NCBI RefSeq assembly: GCF_018350175.1
Contig: NC_058368.1
Coordinates: forward strand, 105,092,001-105,156,000
Source: Felis catus
Taxonomy: Eukaryota
DNA: 64,000 nucleotides
Direction: 5' to 3'
Below the pieces are notes generated by a model that saw only the letters and a program-made list of their open reading frames with translations, was not told the DNA's origin and searched no databases. Position 1 is the first letter of the stretch; every line of letters starts with the position of its first letter. Positions 48,263 to 61,024 of this stretch are shown in pieces. The position numbers were made by a program, and so were the translations under genes.

Positions 48263-49789
48263 ATGGCAGTAAGTACATATCTATCAATAATTACTTTAAA
48301 TGTAAATGGACTAAATTCTCTAATCAAAAGACATAGAGGGGTTGAATGGGCAAATAACAAGACACATCTGTGTACTGCCTACAAGAGATTCACTTTAGAC
48401 ACAGAGAAACTGAAAATGAAAGGATGAAAAAATATATGTTGTGTTAATAAAAAAAGAAGGAAATCTGGTGTAGCTATACTCATATCAGACTAAGAAGACT
48501 TTTTAAAAGACTGTAATAAAAGACAAAGACAGGCACTACATAATGATAAATGGGTCAATTCAGTAAGAACATATAACATTTATGAATATATAGAAACATA
48601 GAAACACCAAAAAATATAAAGCAAATATTAACAGATCTAAAAGGAAAAATTTCCAGCAACACAATAATAGTAGGGGGTTTTAACACCCCACTTACATCAA
48701 TGGATGGACCATCCAGACAGAAAATCAACAATAAACATCAGCCTTAAATGGCACATTAGACCAGATGGACTTAATATATAAATGTATAAAACAGTCCATC
48801 CAAAAGTAACAGGATACACATTTTTCTCAAGTGTACAAGGAACGTTTTCAGGATAGATCACATTTTAGGCCATAAAATAATTCTCAATAAATTCAAAAGG
48901 ACTGAAATAATACCAAGAATTTTTTTTTTCATACCACAATGGCATGAACCTAGAAATCAATTATAAGAAAACTGGAATAACTACAAATACACGGGTATTA
49001 AACAACATGTTACTGAACAACTACCAGGTCATAGAAAAAAATCAAAGGATAAATAAAAAAACTACCTAGAGACAAATTAACACCAAAATCTGTGGGATAA
49101 AGCAAAAGCAGTTCTAAGAGGGAAGTGCATAGCAATACAATACAGGCCTACCTCAAGAAACAAAAGAAATCTCAAATTAACAATTTAACTTTATACCTAA
49201 AACAACTAGGAAAAGAAGAAGAAACAAACTCCAAAGTTAGTAGAAGGAAGAAAATAATAAAGATCAGAGTGGAAATAAATGAAATGGATACTAAAATGAT
49301 AATAGAAAAGACTAATTAAACTAAGAGCTAGTTCTTTGAAAAGACAAACAAAAATGACAATCTACCTAGACTCACCAAGAAAAATTGAGAGATGGCTCAA
49401 ATACATAAAATAAGAGATAAAGGAGAAGTTACAACTGATATCACAGAAATACAAAGAACATAAAGAGACCACTATGAACAATTAAATGCCAACAAATTAG
49501 ACAACCTAGAACAAATGGATAAATTCCTAGAAATTTATAATCTTTCGAGACTGAATCATAAAGAAATAGAAAATGTGAAGAGGCCAATTACTAGTAAGGA
49601 GAGTGAATCCATAATCAAAAACCTCCCCAAAACAAAAGTCCAGGACCAGAGGGCGTCACTAGTGAGTTCTACTGATCATTCAAAGATTTAATACTTATCC
49701 GTTCTTAAACTCTCCAAAAAATTGAAGAGGTGGGAGAGCCTCCAAACTCCTTTTAGCAGGCCAGGATCACCCCAATACCCAAACCAGAG

Positions 49790-49838
<49 letters not shown>

Positions 49839-52003
49839 TATAGGCCACTATCCCTGATAAACATAGATACAAAAATCCTTAGCAAAATTTTAGCAAAGCA
49901 AATTCAGCTATACATTAAAAGTATCATACATCATAATCAAGTGAGATTTATTCTAGCTAGGGATGCAAGAGTGGTTCCAATCCACAAACCAATTTGAATA
50001 AACGATAACAAAATGAAAGATAAAAATCATATGATCATTTCAATAGATGCAGAAAAAGCATTTGACAAAATTCAACATTCATTTATGATAAAAATTCTCT
50101 ATGAAGTGGATATGGAGAATGTACCTTAACATAATAAAGGTCATTTATGACAAACCCAAAGCTCACATCGTACTCAACAGTAAAAAGCTGAAAGCTTTTC
50201 CTTTAAGATTAGGAACAAGACAAGGATGGTCACATTCCCAAAGTTACTCACAGAATATTGAAAGTCTTAGCCACAATAATTAGGCACAAAAAAGAAATAA
50301 AAGCTATGCAGATTGAAAAGGACTAAGTAAAACTATTTGTGGATGACATGATACACCCAAAGAGTCAACCAAAAAACTGTTAGAACCAGTAAATGAATTT
50401 AGTAAAGTTGCAGGATACAAAGTTAATATATAGAAATATGCTGCATTTCTACATACTAATAATGAACTATCAGACAGAGAAATCAAGAAAACAATCTGAT
50501 TTACAATCATATCAAAAAGGGTAAAATAGCTAGGAATAAATTTAACTGAAGAAGCGAAAGATTTTTACACTAAAAGCTGTTAAGACACTGATGAAAGGAA
50601 TTGAATATGACACAAAAAAATGGACATATTTCACACTCACAGATTGGAAGAGTTAATATTGTTAAAACGTTCCTATTACTCAAAGCAATCTATAGATTCA
50701 ATGCAATCAAAATTACAATGACTTTTTTCACAGAACTAGAACAAAAAATTCTAAAATTTGTATGGAACCACAAAAGACCCCAAAAGGCCAAAACCATATT
50801 AAGAAAGCAGAACAAAGCTGGAGGTATCGTGGTCCCTGATTTTACACCGTTCCACAAAAATACAGTAATCAAAACAGTATGGTAATGGCATAAAAACAGA
50901 CACAGAGATGAATGGAGCAGAATAGCAAGCCCTGAAATAATCCATATAAATATGGTCAGTTTATTTATAACAAAGAAGCAAGAATATAAAATGGGGGAAA
51001 GACAGTCTCTTCAATATATGGTATTGGGAAAAGTGGACAGCTATATGCAAAAGAATGAAACTGGGCTCTTATCTTACACAAAATACAAAAATCAACTCAA
51101 GGTAGATTAAAGATTTAAATCTAAGACCTAAAACCTTAGCACTTCTAGGAGAAATAAAGCGGGTAAGCTCCTTGCTATCATTCTTAGTGATTTTTTGGGG
51201 ATCTGACTCCAAAGGCAAAGGAAATAAAAGCAAAAAATAAATAAATGGGATTACATCAAACTAGAAATCTTCTGCACAAGAAGACAAAATAAAAAGACAA
51301 CCTACTGAGGAGGAAAAGATATTTGTGAAGTGTATATCTGATAAGGTTTTAATATCCAAAATATGTAAAGAACTCATAAGACTCAATTACAAAATAACTG
51401 ATTAATAAATGGACAGAGAATGTGAATAAATATTTCTCCAAAGAAGAACAGAAACGTCCAATAGGCACATGATGATCATTAATCATCAGGGAAATGCAAA
51501 TCAAAACCACAATGCAATATCATCTAATACCTGTTAGAATAGTTATTATAAAAAAGATAAAAACATCTGTTGCAAAGGATGTGGAGAAAAGGGAACTCTT
51601 GTGCTCTGTGTATGGGAATGTAAATAGGTGCGGCCACTATAGAAAATAGTATGAAGGTCTTCAAAAAATTACAAACAGAGGTGCCATATGATCCCACAAT
51701 TCCACTACTGGGTATCTATCCACAGAAAATGAAAACACTAAATCAAAAAGATATATACCACCTCCATGTTCAGTGCAGCATTATTTGTAATAGCCAAGAT
51801 ATGGAAACAACCTAAGTGTCTATCAACAGATGAATGGGTAAAGAAAATGTGCTACATATATCCAATGGAATATTACTGAGCCACTAAAAAGAATGAAATC
51901 TTGCCATTTGGGCAACGCGGATGGATCTCAAGGCCATTATTCTAAGTGAAGTAAGGCAGAGAAAGACAAGTACCATTTGATTTCACTTATCTATGGGACC
52001 TAA
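48263..52003 (+). pseudogene. L1 ORF2p remnant (APE endonuclease + reverse transcriptase), disrupted
   Basis: Starts [65 protein letters not shown] at 50333-50353 (FADD motif); many stops, frameshifts and deletions. Confidence 0.92.
49793..49837. repeat. (CA)n microsatellite inside L1 ORF2
   Basis: About 22 perfect AC units just before the YRPISL-type motif. Confidence 0.95.
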
Positions 52004-52614
52004 AATAAACAATCAAAACAGGACCCAGACTCGTAGATAAAGAGAACAGATTGGTGGTTGCCATAGGGGATGAGGGCTGGGTGGTAGGTAAAATGGATGA
52101 AGAAGATTAATAAGTACGAGATTCCAGTTACAAAATAGATAAGTTATGGGGATGTAATGTACAGCATGGCGAATACAGTCAATAACATTGTATTAACTTT
52201 GTAAGGTGACAGATGGTGACTAGATTTATTGTGCTGACCAGCTGACAATGTATATAAATGTCAAATCACTTTATTGTACACATGAAACTAATATCATATG
52301 TCAATTATACCTCAAAAAAAGTATTGAAGATGTCATTATTGGCAAAGTTGTAAGAAGACTATGATTCTCATATACTCTTGGGGGGAGTGTTAATTTTGGA
52401 GATGTAATCAGAAATATGTATCAAGTATACACTCCTTAAAACCCAGTACCATTTCTATCAGTTATATTAAGAAAATAAAAAACAAATCCATAAAGATGTA
52501 TAAATATGCTTAGTACAGGGTTCTCTAATAGCAGGGAAAACTATATGCACACAGTAAAATTTATTGTGACCTTGAAATATGTGGTCTTTTTAAATATTAG
52601 AAATTATGGAATAT

Positions 52615-52713
52615 GGGGGCACCTGGCTGGCTCAGTCGATAGAGCATGTGACTCTTGTTCACAGGGTCGTGAGTTCAAGCCACATGTTGGCTGTAGAGCT
52701 TACTTAAAAAATA
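52615..52713 (+). mobile_element. Short tRNA-Lys-like carnivore SINE (SINEC_c-type)
   Basis: ggggcacctggctggctcagtcgatagagcatgtgactcttg...gagttcaagccacatgttggctgtagagcttacttaaaaa; 10 bp TSD TATGGAATAT at 52605-52614 and 52714-52723. Confidence 0.9.
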
Positions 52714-52922
52714 TATGGAATATAACATCTATCATCGTTCAAGTATAGATTATACCTAGGACATAGTGTTAATTGCAAAAGATTCCAAATTAATCATGTC
52801 TAACCGTGTATAGCGTGAATCGATATTTTACACATTGTGCATATTACAGGTATACACACACAAGTCCAGAAAGTAATGCACCAAAAAAAAAAAAAAAAAA
52901 AGGAAAGGAATGTGCCAAATGT

Positions 52923-53343
52923 GGTCTTCATCTGCTTGGGCTGTCATAACAAAATACCACAGGCTGGGTGGCTTAAACAACATTCATCTCAGTGTTGTGG
53001 AGGCTGAGAAGTCAGAGACAGGTGCCAGCATGGTTAGATCCTGGCTTTGAAGATCACGGCCTCGTGGCTGTATTCTCCTACTGTTGGGGTGGGGAGAGGG
53101 AAGACGGCAGGGGGAGAGAAAGGAAGGAAGGAGAGGAGAGGGAGAGAGAAAAGGTACAAGAGGGACAGAGTATTCTGCTTTCTTCTTTTAAGGAGACTAA
53201 TCCCATCATGAGGACTTCACCCTGATGACTATGTCTAAATCTTTTGACTTCCCAGAGGCCCCACCTATTAACACTATCACACTGGAAGTGAGTACTTCCA
53301 CTTATGAATTTGACTGGGCAGGGGACACTTTCAATCCACAACA
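52923..53343 (-). mobile_element. MaLR solo LTR (MLT1A-like)
   Basis: gggctgtcataacaaaataccacaggctgggtggcttaaacaac...taatcccatcatgagg...ggggacactttcaatccacaaca; internal purine-rich expansion. Confidence 0.85.
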
Positions 53344-53544
53344 TGCAGCAATCTCTGGGTTGTAAGAATCTGGATAATTTTCACTTTATTTTTATACCTT
53401 TTCTAATGTCTGAAGTTTTAGGACATAATATATAAAAAATCCATGGCAGAGATGATCTCAATACATGTCTTTTCTCCTTTCTCCTTTCTTATTCCATAAA
53501 ATTGAACTCCACCTTCTCTCTCCTCCTTTTCTCACCCTCTATCA

Positions 53545-53650
53545 CATGATGAGATCCTGCAGGGTAGGGAATTTGATTAACTCATCTTTATCCCCTGGGG
53601 TTGAGCTCTGGGTTCTACATAAAAGGAGCTCAATAAATATGTGAATGATT
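53545..53650 (+). mobile_element. L2 3' end
   Basis: agatcctgcagggtaggga...catctttatcccc...gctcaataaatatgtgaatga. Confidence 0.5.
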
Positions 53651-54279
53651 CTCATGTGTTTGTTATTGAAAAACTGGACATATAGTTTCTTTTTCACTTA
53701 GGGAAGAAAATGTTCCTGAATCATACACTCAATGCAAAGGAAAATTAAATTGTAAGATATTTTTAAACTAAATGTGGTTCAGAAACATTCTTTGGAAAGG
53801 AGTAAGCTCTGTTTTGCTTCCCTCAAATGCCTAAGGAAAATGCTATAAATTCTAGAACAGCCCGCTTTCCCTAGGGGCTATTTCTACTTGGAATCTTCCT
53901 TAAAATAGAAATATCTAGGTCCATGGTGACTATATTCTGAATCCTATTAATTTTTCTCCTTCTGAATAAAACAGCATTTGGGATTTTTGCTTTCAGATGT
54001 GTTCTGACATTCTTTTCTGATGATCATGTCTCTGAAAATCCAGAAAAAAAGCCTCCCATAATAACTTTCTTTGTGACTGCTTAACATGTAATGCTGAGAC
54101 TCAAATGGTCCAATCTCAAAACTAATTTGTGGTTTAAAAGAAACAGTCTAGTACCCACAAGGTAACTTTCAAATTATTCAGGTTCCTAACCCTTAGTATA
54201 CAAGGAAAATAGTCATCATCATTTACCATCTGGATCAAATAAACCCAACTAAATTTTTTTACTTTTAAAGTCATTTTTT

Positions 54280-54477
54280 AATATTTATTTACTTTTTGAG
54301 AGAGAGAGAGACAGAGTACAAGCTAGGGAGGGGCAGAAAGAGAGGGAGACACAGAATCTGAAGCAGGCTCCAGGCTTTGAACTGTCAGCACAGAACCTGA
54401 GTTCAAACTCACCAACTGAGAGATCGTGACCTGAACCAAAATCTGAGGCCCAGCTGACTGAGCCACCCAGGTGCCCC
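54280..54477 (-). mobile_element. Felid SINE with very short tail and small internal deletion
   Basis: 14 bp TSD TAAAGTCATTTTTT at 54266-54279 and 54478-54491. Confidence 0.95.
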
Positions 54478-54855
54478 TAAAGTCATTTTTTGAAGAATTT
54501 ACTGAAGAATAAAGAAATACTTAAAAAACTCATTAAAATTTTTGATAAAAATTTGAACATAGTCAATGCCTTTGTTATCCAGAAAAAATTTTGGCATGTA
54601 AAAATCATAAAAGAAAAATATGGTTGCACATATTTCTTAACAAAAAAGGAAAGTCCAAGTTGTCACAAGACATTGTGTGATATTACTCTGTCTTTTATGA
54701 GAATACTCTATTTCCTATTTTGTCCTCAGAAATGTGGTTTATCGTTCACTGATTCATGAGTTTGACGATATTCATCTGAGTCTCTAGAAATCACGACCAG
54801 ACAACGTACAGTCTATTTCACTTACATGATTAATTCCATTGTCAACATTAGTGTC

Positions 54856-55385
54856 CAGAGCTACATTGTCCAATAGAAATATAGTGCAAGTTATCTATGT
54901 ATTTTACATTTTCTAAGGGCTACATTAAAAACTTAAATTGGTGAAAGTAAATTTTAGTAATATTTCGTTTAACCTAACATATCCAAAATACCGTCATTTT
55001 AACACGTACTCAATTAAAAACTTCATTACGAGGGGCACCTGGGTGGCTCAGTCAGTGAAGCGTCCAACTTCGACTCGGGTCATGATCTCACTGTTTGTGA
55101 GTTCAAGCCCCGCGTCTGGTTCAGGGCTGACGGCTTGAAGCCTGCTTGGGATTCTGTGTCTCCCTCTCTCCATGCCGCTACCCTGCTCTCTTTCTGTCCT
55201 TCAAAAATAAATGAACATTAAAAAATTATTTTAAAAATGTATTGAGATATCTTACATTCTCATATATTGGGCTGGGTCTTCCAAGTCTTAGGTATATTTC
55301 ACACTTACATCTCATTTCAAACTAACCGCATTTCAAGTACTCAAAAACCACGTAGTGTTAGTAGCTAGCGCAACGGACAGCGCTG
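54856..55385. mobile_element. hAT-Charlie MITE (MER33-like), interrupted by a SINE
   Basis: cattgtccaatagaaatatagtgcaag...tttaacctaacatatccaaaata...catttcaagtactcaaaaaccacgt...ggacagcgctg. Confidence 0.75.
55032..55232 (+). mobile_element. Felid SINE (SINEC_Fc family)
   Basis: ggggcacctgggtggctcagtcagtgaagcgtcc...gagttcaagccccgcg...aaaaataaatgaacattaaaaaa. Confidence 0.95.
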
Positions 55386-55533
55386 ATCAAGAGTGCCGCT
55401 CTTTATTTCATCTTCTAACTTGTCTCAGAACTAGGAAATGCACTCCTCTGTCAAGTTTCTTTTGTTTGGGCATTATGAATGGACAATGCAAAATTCAGCA
55501 TTCTCAACCATGTTTAGTTGAAAGCCAAAAATA

Positions 55534-55747
55534 GGGGCGCCTGGGTGGCGCAGTCGGTTAAGCGTCCGACTTCAGCCAGGTCACGATCTCGCGGTCCGTG
55601 AGTTCGAGCCCCGCGTGGGGCTCTGGGCTGATGGCTCGGAGCCTGGAGCCTGTTTCCGATTCTGTGTCTCCCTCTCTCTCTGCCCCTCCCCCGTTCATGC
55701 TCTGTCTCTCTCTGTCCCAAAAATAAATAAACGTTGAAAAAAAAAAT
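55534..55747 (+). mobile_element. Young felid SINE (SINEC_Fc type)
   Basis: Near-consensus with intact CpGs; direct repeat TTGAAAGCCAAAAATA at 55518-55533 and 55748-55763. Confidence 0.97.
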
Positions 55748-56380
55748 TTGAAAGCCAAAAATATAGAAATAGCATCTCTCCTTTCATGCCTTGAGAGATG
55801 ATGCAATGATTTTGGCATCACAGTAAGAAATTGAAGGATGATTATTAATTCTACCATTGCATTGTACCTCCAGTTAATTCCACAATTCTTTGGCTTCCTT
55901 TTTTAGCCTTTTCTTTTTTTAAATCATAGTTGGAAGTAATTGATAAATGATGATAAAAAATAACTCCCACAATGATTCAGTAGCAATATGTTTAAAATGC
56001 AGGAAAAACAAGATCACTAAGATCACACAATATATGTTAGCTTTATAAAAGGCTCCAGTGGATGTGTTGATAATTGCCAGATATAATTTTATTATTTTAA
56101 AAATTAATGTACATATTCCCTTTGTTCTTTGTAAAAATCTCTAAAAATAGGATAAAAACCATGAAGTATAGATTTTTTAAGAATAGAAGAGCTCAAAAAA
56201 AGAAACTCAAAACTACTATTGGGTCTAATGAACTCTGATGGTATATTGAAAATGAAATTGCATTAATTAGTATATATGGAGAAATTTCACAGATAAATAT
56301 ATTTTTTAAATCTTTCTTTTTCCATAAGTTTCTATCTCACAAGACAGCTTGTCTCAAGTTTTGCCCCCAAAATTCCTTGA

Positions 56381-56487
56381 GGGGTGCCTGGGCTGGCTCA
56401 GTCAAAAGAGCATGTGACTCCTGATCTTGGGTTATGAGTTCAAGACCCACATTGGGTGTAGAAATTACTATAAAAGATAAACTTAAA
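56381..56487 (+). mobile_element. Short tRNA-Lys-like carnivore SINE (SINEC_c-type)
   Basis: ggggtgcctgggctggctcagtcaaaagagcatgtgactcctgatc...gagttcaagacccacattgggtgtagaaattact; flanking tccttg repeat. Confidence 0.88.
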
Positions 56488-56949
56488 AATAATCCTTGGA
56501 AAACTTTTTTGCATAGTCCTAGTCCATATTCTTGCTCTTCTTCTCTCTGCTTTTCATCTCAAAAGAGAAAAGGCTAGCAAGAAAGTCAAAAAAGAGAAGA
56601 AATGGAGACAGCCAAGTAAAAACCTGCTTTAGCAGGTGGAAGAGGGTATAGAGGCTGAGCCTTCTTCTACTACATTTTGAATTTTTGCTCTTACAGTATG
56701 CATACTGACTTATTTTTTCTAATGAGGAGTAATCAGGCTAGGTACAGTCATATAATAGGAAGACCAGTCAAGTTTCTAAGACTTTCTGGCCTTCATAATC
56801 AAACCTCAGCATCTTACCTAGGCTGCAAGCTCCCAGAAGCTACACAAAAGAAACATAAAAAACAAACAAACAAACAAACAAAACAAAACAAAAAAAACCC
56901 CAGAGATTAAAAAGGGGAAGATTTTTGAAAAAACCTTCTTCTATGGCTC

Positions 56950-57132
56950 AGGGGTTACACTAAGTATTTTTTCTGAATTACCACATTTAATTATCACAGC
57001 AGCCTCCACCAAGTTATCATTTTCTCCCCTTTTATGGATGAGGAAATGGAAGCTCAGAATAATTAACTTGCTCACTTAGTCATGCACACAGTAAGTAATA
57101 GATCCACATCTCACATCAACAAAGTCCATTCT
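56950..57132 (-). mobile_element. MIR
   Basis: catttaattatcacagcagcc...ccctttttatggatgaggaaatggaagctcaga...aacttgctca. Confidence 0.7.
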
Positions 57133-57139
57133 AGTTAAT

Positions 57140-57620
57140 GTTAAGTGGAAAATGAATTACTGAAGGATATTAGGTATTTCAACAGGTTGTCCATGAGAGT
57201 CAGAGAACTAGGTGTGGAAACCACGGTCAGTTAATCACACCAGATTCTGCTGAGGTACCTACTATTGCTGCCACTGGGCACAGGCCCCACCTCACCTGTC
57301 ATTTCCCCTGAATATGAGATATTACTTCTAAGTCTTCTGTCACCTCAGCCTCTGAAAACAGGATGACCCTGTCTACCTGCCCAGACTCTGTTCTATTTGG
57401 CACCTTTTTCATACCACTCTCCTCTACGTTGAAGGCTCAGGCTGGTGCGTCTAATTGGTGGAGCCTAAGTCACACGCCTACATCTTGGATGCAAAGGATG
57501 TTTGGGAGGGCGTTCCTGGCTTTTACACTTTGGAGAGATGGGATTCGTGAGATGGGAAATTTTCCAAAAACAGAAGGACACTAGGCCATCGAGACAGCAT
57601 GATAAATGGCTACCTCAGGG
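57140..57620 (-). mobile_element. Old MaLR LTR (MLT1K-like)
   Basis: gaattactgaaggatattagg...ggctggtgcgtctaattggtggagcctaagtcacacgcctac...tgcaaagga. Confidence 0.55.
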
Positions 57621-58664
57621 TGCAAGATGAATTAGCTATAATGGTCTTCTCATTTCATAGATGAGGAAGCTGGAGCCTACTGGGTAGCTAATGTTGGCCA
57701 TGCTGTGCCCTCTTCTTAGATATTCTGGCCATGCTCCTTAGTCATATTTTGACTGAGAGGCCTTAAAAGAAGTGGAAATTCACAGCAAAAGAGAGCTCTC
57801 CCATCTGTCCTCTGCTTACCTTATCATGTTGGAATGTACTATGGAAACTGTTACTGAACTTTTATCTGATCTAAAAGGATCTGTGAGACATTTCTCCTTT
57901 AGATCTTGGTAAAGAGAGGAGTGTGTACAAATGTTGGGGGCAGGGGAAGGCTTCTCATGGAAAAGGTTTCTCATGGAACATCAAGTTCAGCTGAGGATTT
58001 TCTAGCTAGGTTCTGGAACAATATCATTAGACTACTGAAGTTCTGATCATTACAGTTACTTTTCTGGAATTTTTTTTAAAGTTTACTTATTTAGAACCTA
58101 AAATTCACCGGTGGAAAAAAAACTACCTTCACACCCAACACTTTCAATTGTGAGACAGTTGTTGTTTGTTTTACATGGTATGGCAATAATTTATTCACCA
58201 AACAGTGTGAAAAGCCACAATTAACTTGGGCAGTAAAAGGCTATCACCTCCCCTATAAGCTAACCCAAAAATCCTAACCAGAAGATGCAAGTGCATTTCC
58301 TAAAACACTGGGATAGAGTGGGGACATGAAAACGTTGTTGGTTAATATTTCAAAGTACTCAAAGTCTAAACCTACATCTGATGTGCGAAAAAATTAAATA
58401 ATCCTGTTACAGAAAGACTCAATGATTCAAAACACTATCTTTACTGTTGGGAAAGGTATTTGTTTCATGTCCCACTTAACAAAAATTTTATTTAGAAACA
58501 AACAGTATCCCCTGAGCACTTTTTCTTAAAGAAATAAACATCCAAATTTTGTCATTTTGTTCTCCCAACAATCCTGTGAAGTAGGTAAACAACACTTGAG
58601 CCACTTTTAACATCAACTAATTTCTTTACTCCATTATTTATCTGTTTATACATTTGTTTTATAC

Positions 58665-58845
58665 TATTTTTAACTGTGGTAAAATATGTATGACATAAAA
58701 CGGACCATTTTAATGATGTGTAAAGTGTGCAGGGCGGTAGGGCAAAGCATGTTGAGATTTTTGTGCAACCAATCTCCAGAACGTTTTCATTTTGCAAAGC
58801 TGAAACTCTATATCCATTAAATAAGTCTCTATTTTTTCTCTCACT
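58665..58845 (-). mobile_element. L1MA/L1MB 3' terminal fragment
   Basis: ttaactgtggtaaaatatgtatgacataaaa...tgtgcaaccaatctccagaacgttttcattttgcaaagctgaaactctatatccattaaa. Confidence 0.8.
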
Positions 58846-59102
58846 CATTTTTTTTAAGAAATCAAAATCCGTTTTTAATAGCAAATTACCTATGTTCTTT
58901 AAAATTTTTTATTGTGAGTGAAATACGATGTCATTATTAAACTTAAAATGTTCGGTAGGATAGGTGAACACTGGCTGCTGTGAGTCAGCAGTTGCCAGAA
59001 CCAGGCCTCCGGGGAAGGTGTGCTTCCTGCTCTACCTTCCAGAAAGACAAACTAGGTTTTGAGTTTGGGGCATTTCCCTAGCCCTAGGAAAAAAAGATTA
59101 TT

Positions 59103-59297
59103 ATTTTTTTTTAATTTTTTTTAACGTTTATTTTTGAGACAGGGAGAGACAGAGCATGAACGGGGGAGGGTCAGAGAGAGAGAGGGAGACACAGAATCTG
59201 AAGCAGGCTCCAGGCTCTGAGCTGTCAGCACAGAACCGTGAGATCATGACCTGAGCCGAAGTCGGCTGCTTAACCGACTGAGCCACCCAGGCCCCCC
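59103..59297 (-). mobile_element. Felid SINE lacking the B-box segment
   Basis: SINE body joins gtcagcacaga directly to accgtgagatc; flanking repeat AAAAAAAGATTATT at 59089-59102 and 59303-59316. Confidence 0.95.
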
Positions 59298-59533
59298 ATT
59301 AAAAAAAAAGATTATTTTTTTATTCACCTGTGTGATGTACAGTAGAGGCAGCAAGAACATAGTGATATTCTCATTCATTAAAATTTGGTATTTTATTTTA
59401 GAATAAAAATTAAAGGTAGCTAGAATATAAATCAATTCCTAAACAAGGAATCCCTAATTTGGGCTATAGGGATGGCATTGAGAATGTGGCTTCAACAGTC
59501 TACAATTACATGCAAAATGGTGGTCATGTGTGC

Positions 59534-59580
59534 TGTGTGTGTGTGTGTGTGTGTGTATGTGTGTGTGTGTGTGTGTGTGT
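59534..59580. repeat. (TG)n microsatellite
   Basis: About 23 TG units with one TA interruption. Confidence 0.93.
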
Positions 59581-60084
59581 TTGCGTGCACATGCATGCAA
59601 AACATGCATGTACACTTTTCTTTCTAATAAGAGAATTCATAGATATTATTAGGTTCTAAAAGAGGTTTGTGATGCTCTCATATCTAAGAAATTGTCCCAT
59701 AAAATCAAAATGGTGGAGGTCACAGAACAAATTCTGTAACATAATATGAACTCAAATTTAGGTATCCTCATACCCAGTCCCTGCTTTCCGGCTAATTTTC
59801 CCTTAAACAATGGTAGATACACTGTTTACTAGGGACCTTTTCTCCTCTGATGGTAAGAAGCTATAAAGCAATGTGATTTCTGATGGATCTAGAATCTTTG
59901 AAAAAGGTTAGGACTGCCACTCACCTCCTTCTAACATCTATCAGAGTCCTCATCAAAGAGAAAAGAGCAAGTCCCCAAGGCAAAGAACTGTATATTATGA
60001 GTGAGCATAAAAATATTGAACTAACTACCAAACTTTTGACATTCTTTGATTTTTACATTAAAACTAAAATCCTTCAATTTTTGT

Positions 60085-60225
60085 ATTGGAGAGAAATTCT
60101 AAGCCTAAGAAATCTGGTGAGGGTATTAATCCTGTCGGTCTTGTTACTACCAGTTTCTCCATTGCTTAGCATAGTATCCAGCAAATAGTGAGTCTTTAAT
60201 AAATATTTTTTGAATTTAATGAATT
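60085..60225 (+). mobile_element. L2 3' end
   Basis: tctccattgcttagcatagtatccagcaaatagtgagtctttaataaatattttttgaatttaatgaat. Confidence 0.55.
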
Positions 60226-61024
60226 GAAATGCTTTGAACTGAACTAAAATGACACTTTAGCTTGTTAAGAGTTTCAGGTAAGCCATTATTTAGTTATTTA
60301 TGAAGCTATCAAATGTCACATGGTCATTTCTCTTTAACTTTCAGGGCAACAGTCTTTTTATAAGTTAATATCTGAGTCAACAATTCCTTTTGAATCCCTC
60401 TTCTTTTATTCTTTTTTCTATCAGTGATGCTATAGAAATGAAAAAATAGTGAAACCTTACACAGGAAGAAAGGTTGACCTTTAGAAATGTGTTTTTTTTT
60501 CTAGAAAAGTAGTATCCTGGAACTTTGCGATGGCAACTTGATCGACTGTACAGGTCCATGTTGGACTTAGACCTGGGGAATTCAGAGACCAAAGTTCAGG
60601 AAAGGCTGCCTTATAAAACATTCAATTCATAATTTAACAAAGATGACTTAGACAGAGGGTCTCTATACTTTTAGATTTCCTAAACCCACACAAATTTCCA
60701 CCTCCAACATAATTGGGATTAGTTCTCATAGCACTGCCAACTTTTCAATTTTTCTGAAGAAAAAAACACTAAAAGAATAATTTCCATATATTATCACCAT
60801 CATTTGTTAAAGAAACATGCTCTTAACACCAAAATATATAGAATGATCAAAATCTCAGAATAAAGGACAGTTCTTTAAATGGAATACATTTGGCTTCATG
60901 AAAAATTCATATTTTTTTAAAGAATTTTACTTCCGTCTTTTGCTTGCTCCTGGTGGAAATGTTATCACAAACCAATACTGATCAATGGGCTAGCATTTGG
61001 GAAGCGCTAATACAATTAAACTCA

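Larger units (their letters stand above)
45089..52320 (+). mobile_element. Full-length degenerate carnivore LINE-1 (L1_Carn/L1MA9-like): 5' UTR, ORF1, ORF2, 3' UTR, short poly-A
   Basis: Starts ggaggaaggggtccaagatgg; ORF1 and ORF2 remnants in order; 3' UTR ends tcaattatacctcaaaaaaa; degenerate TSD aaagagtattta (45077-45088) / aaaaagtattga (52316-52327). Confidence 0.93.
52321..53440 (+). mobile_element. Old L1ME-like fragment (right part), interrupted by a SINE and an MLT1A LTR
   Basis: ttggcaaagttgtaagaag...ctcatatactcttgg...acccagtaccatttcta...atctctggg...ttttcactttatttttatacc. Confidence 0.55.

Noticed and set aside
48263..52003. Active or domesticated reverse transcriptase
   Set aside because: Numerous stops, frameshifts, deletions and a microsatellite; no reading frame in the ORF track reaches 100 aa here.
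52615..52713. tRNA-Lys(CTT)-like sequence (also 56381-56487)
   Set aside because: It has the GGGGC leader, a non-tRNA 3' tail, an A-tail, flanking direct repeats and stem-breaking substitutions, so it is a short carnivore SINE rather than a tRNA gene.
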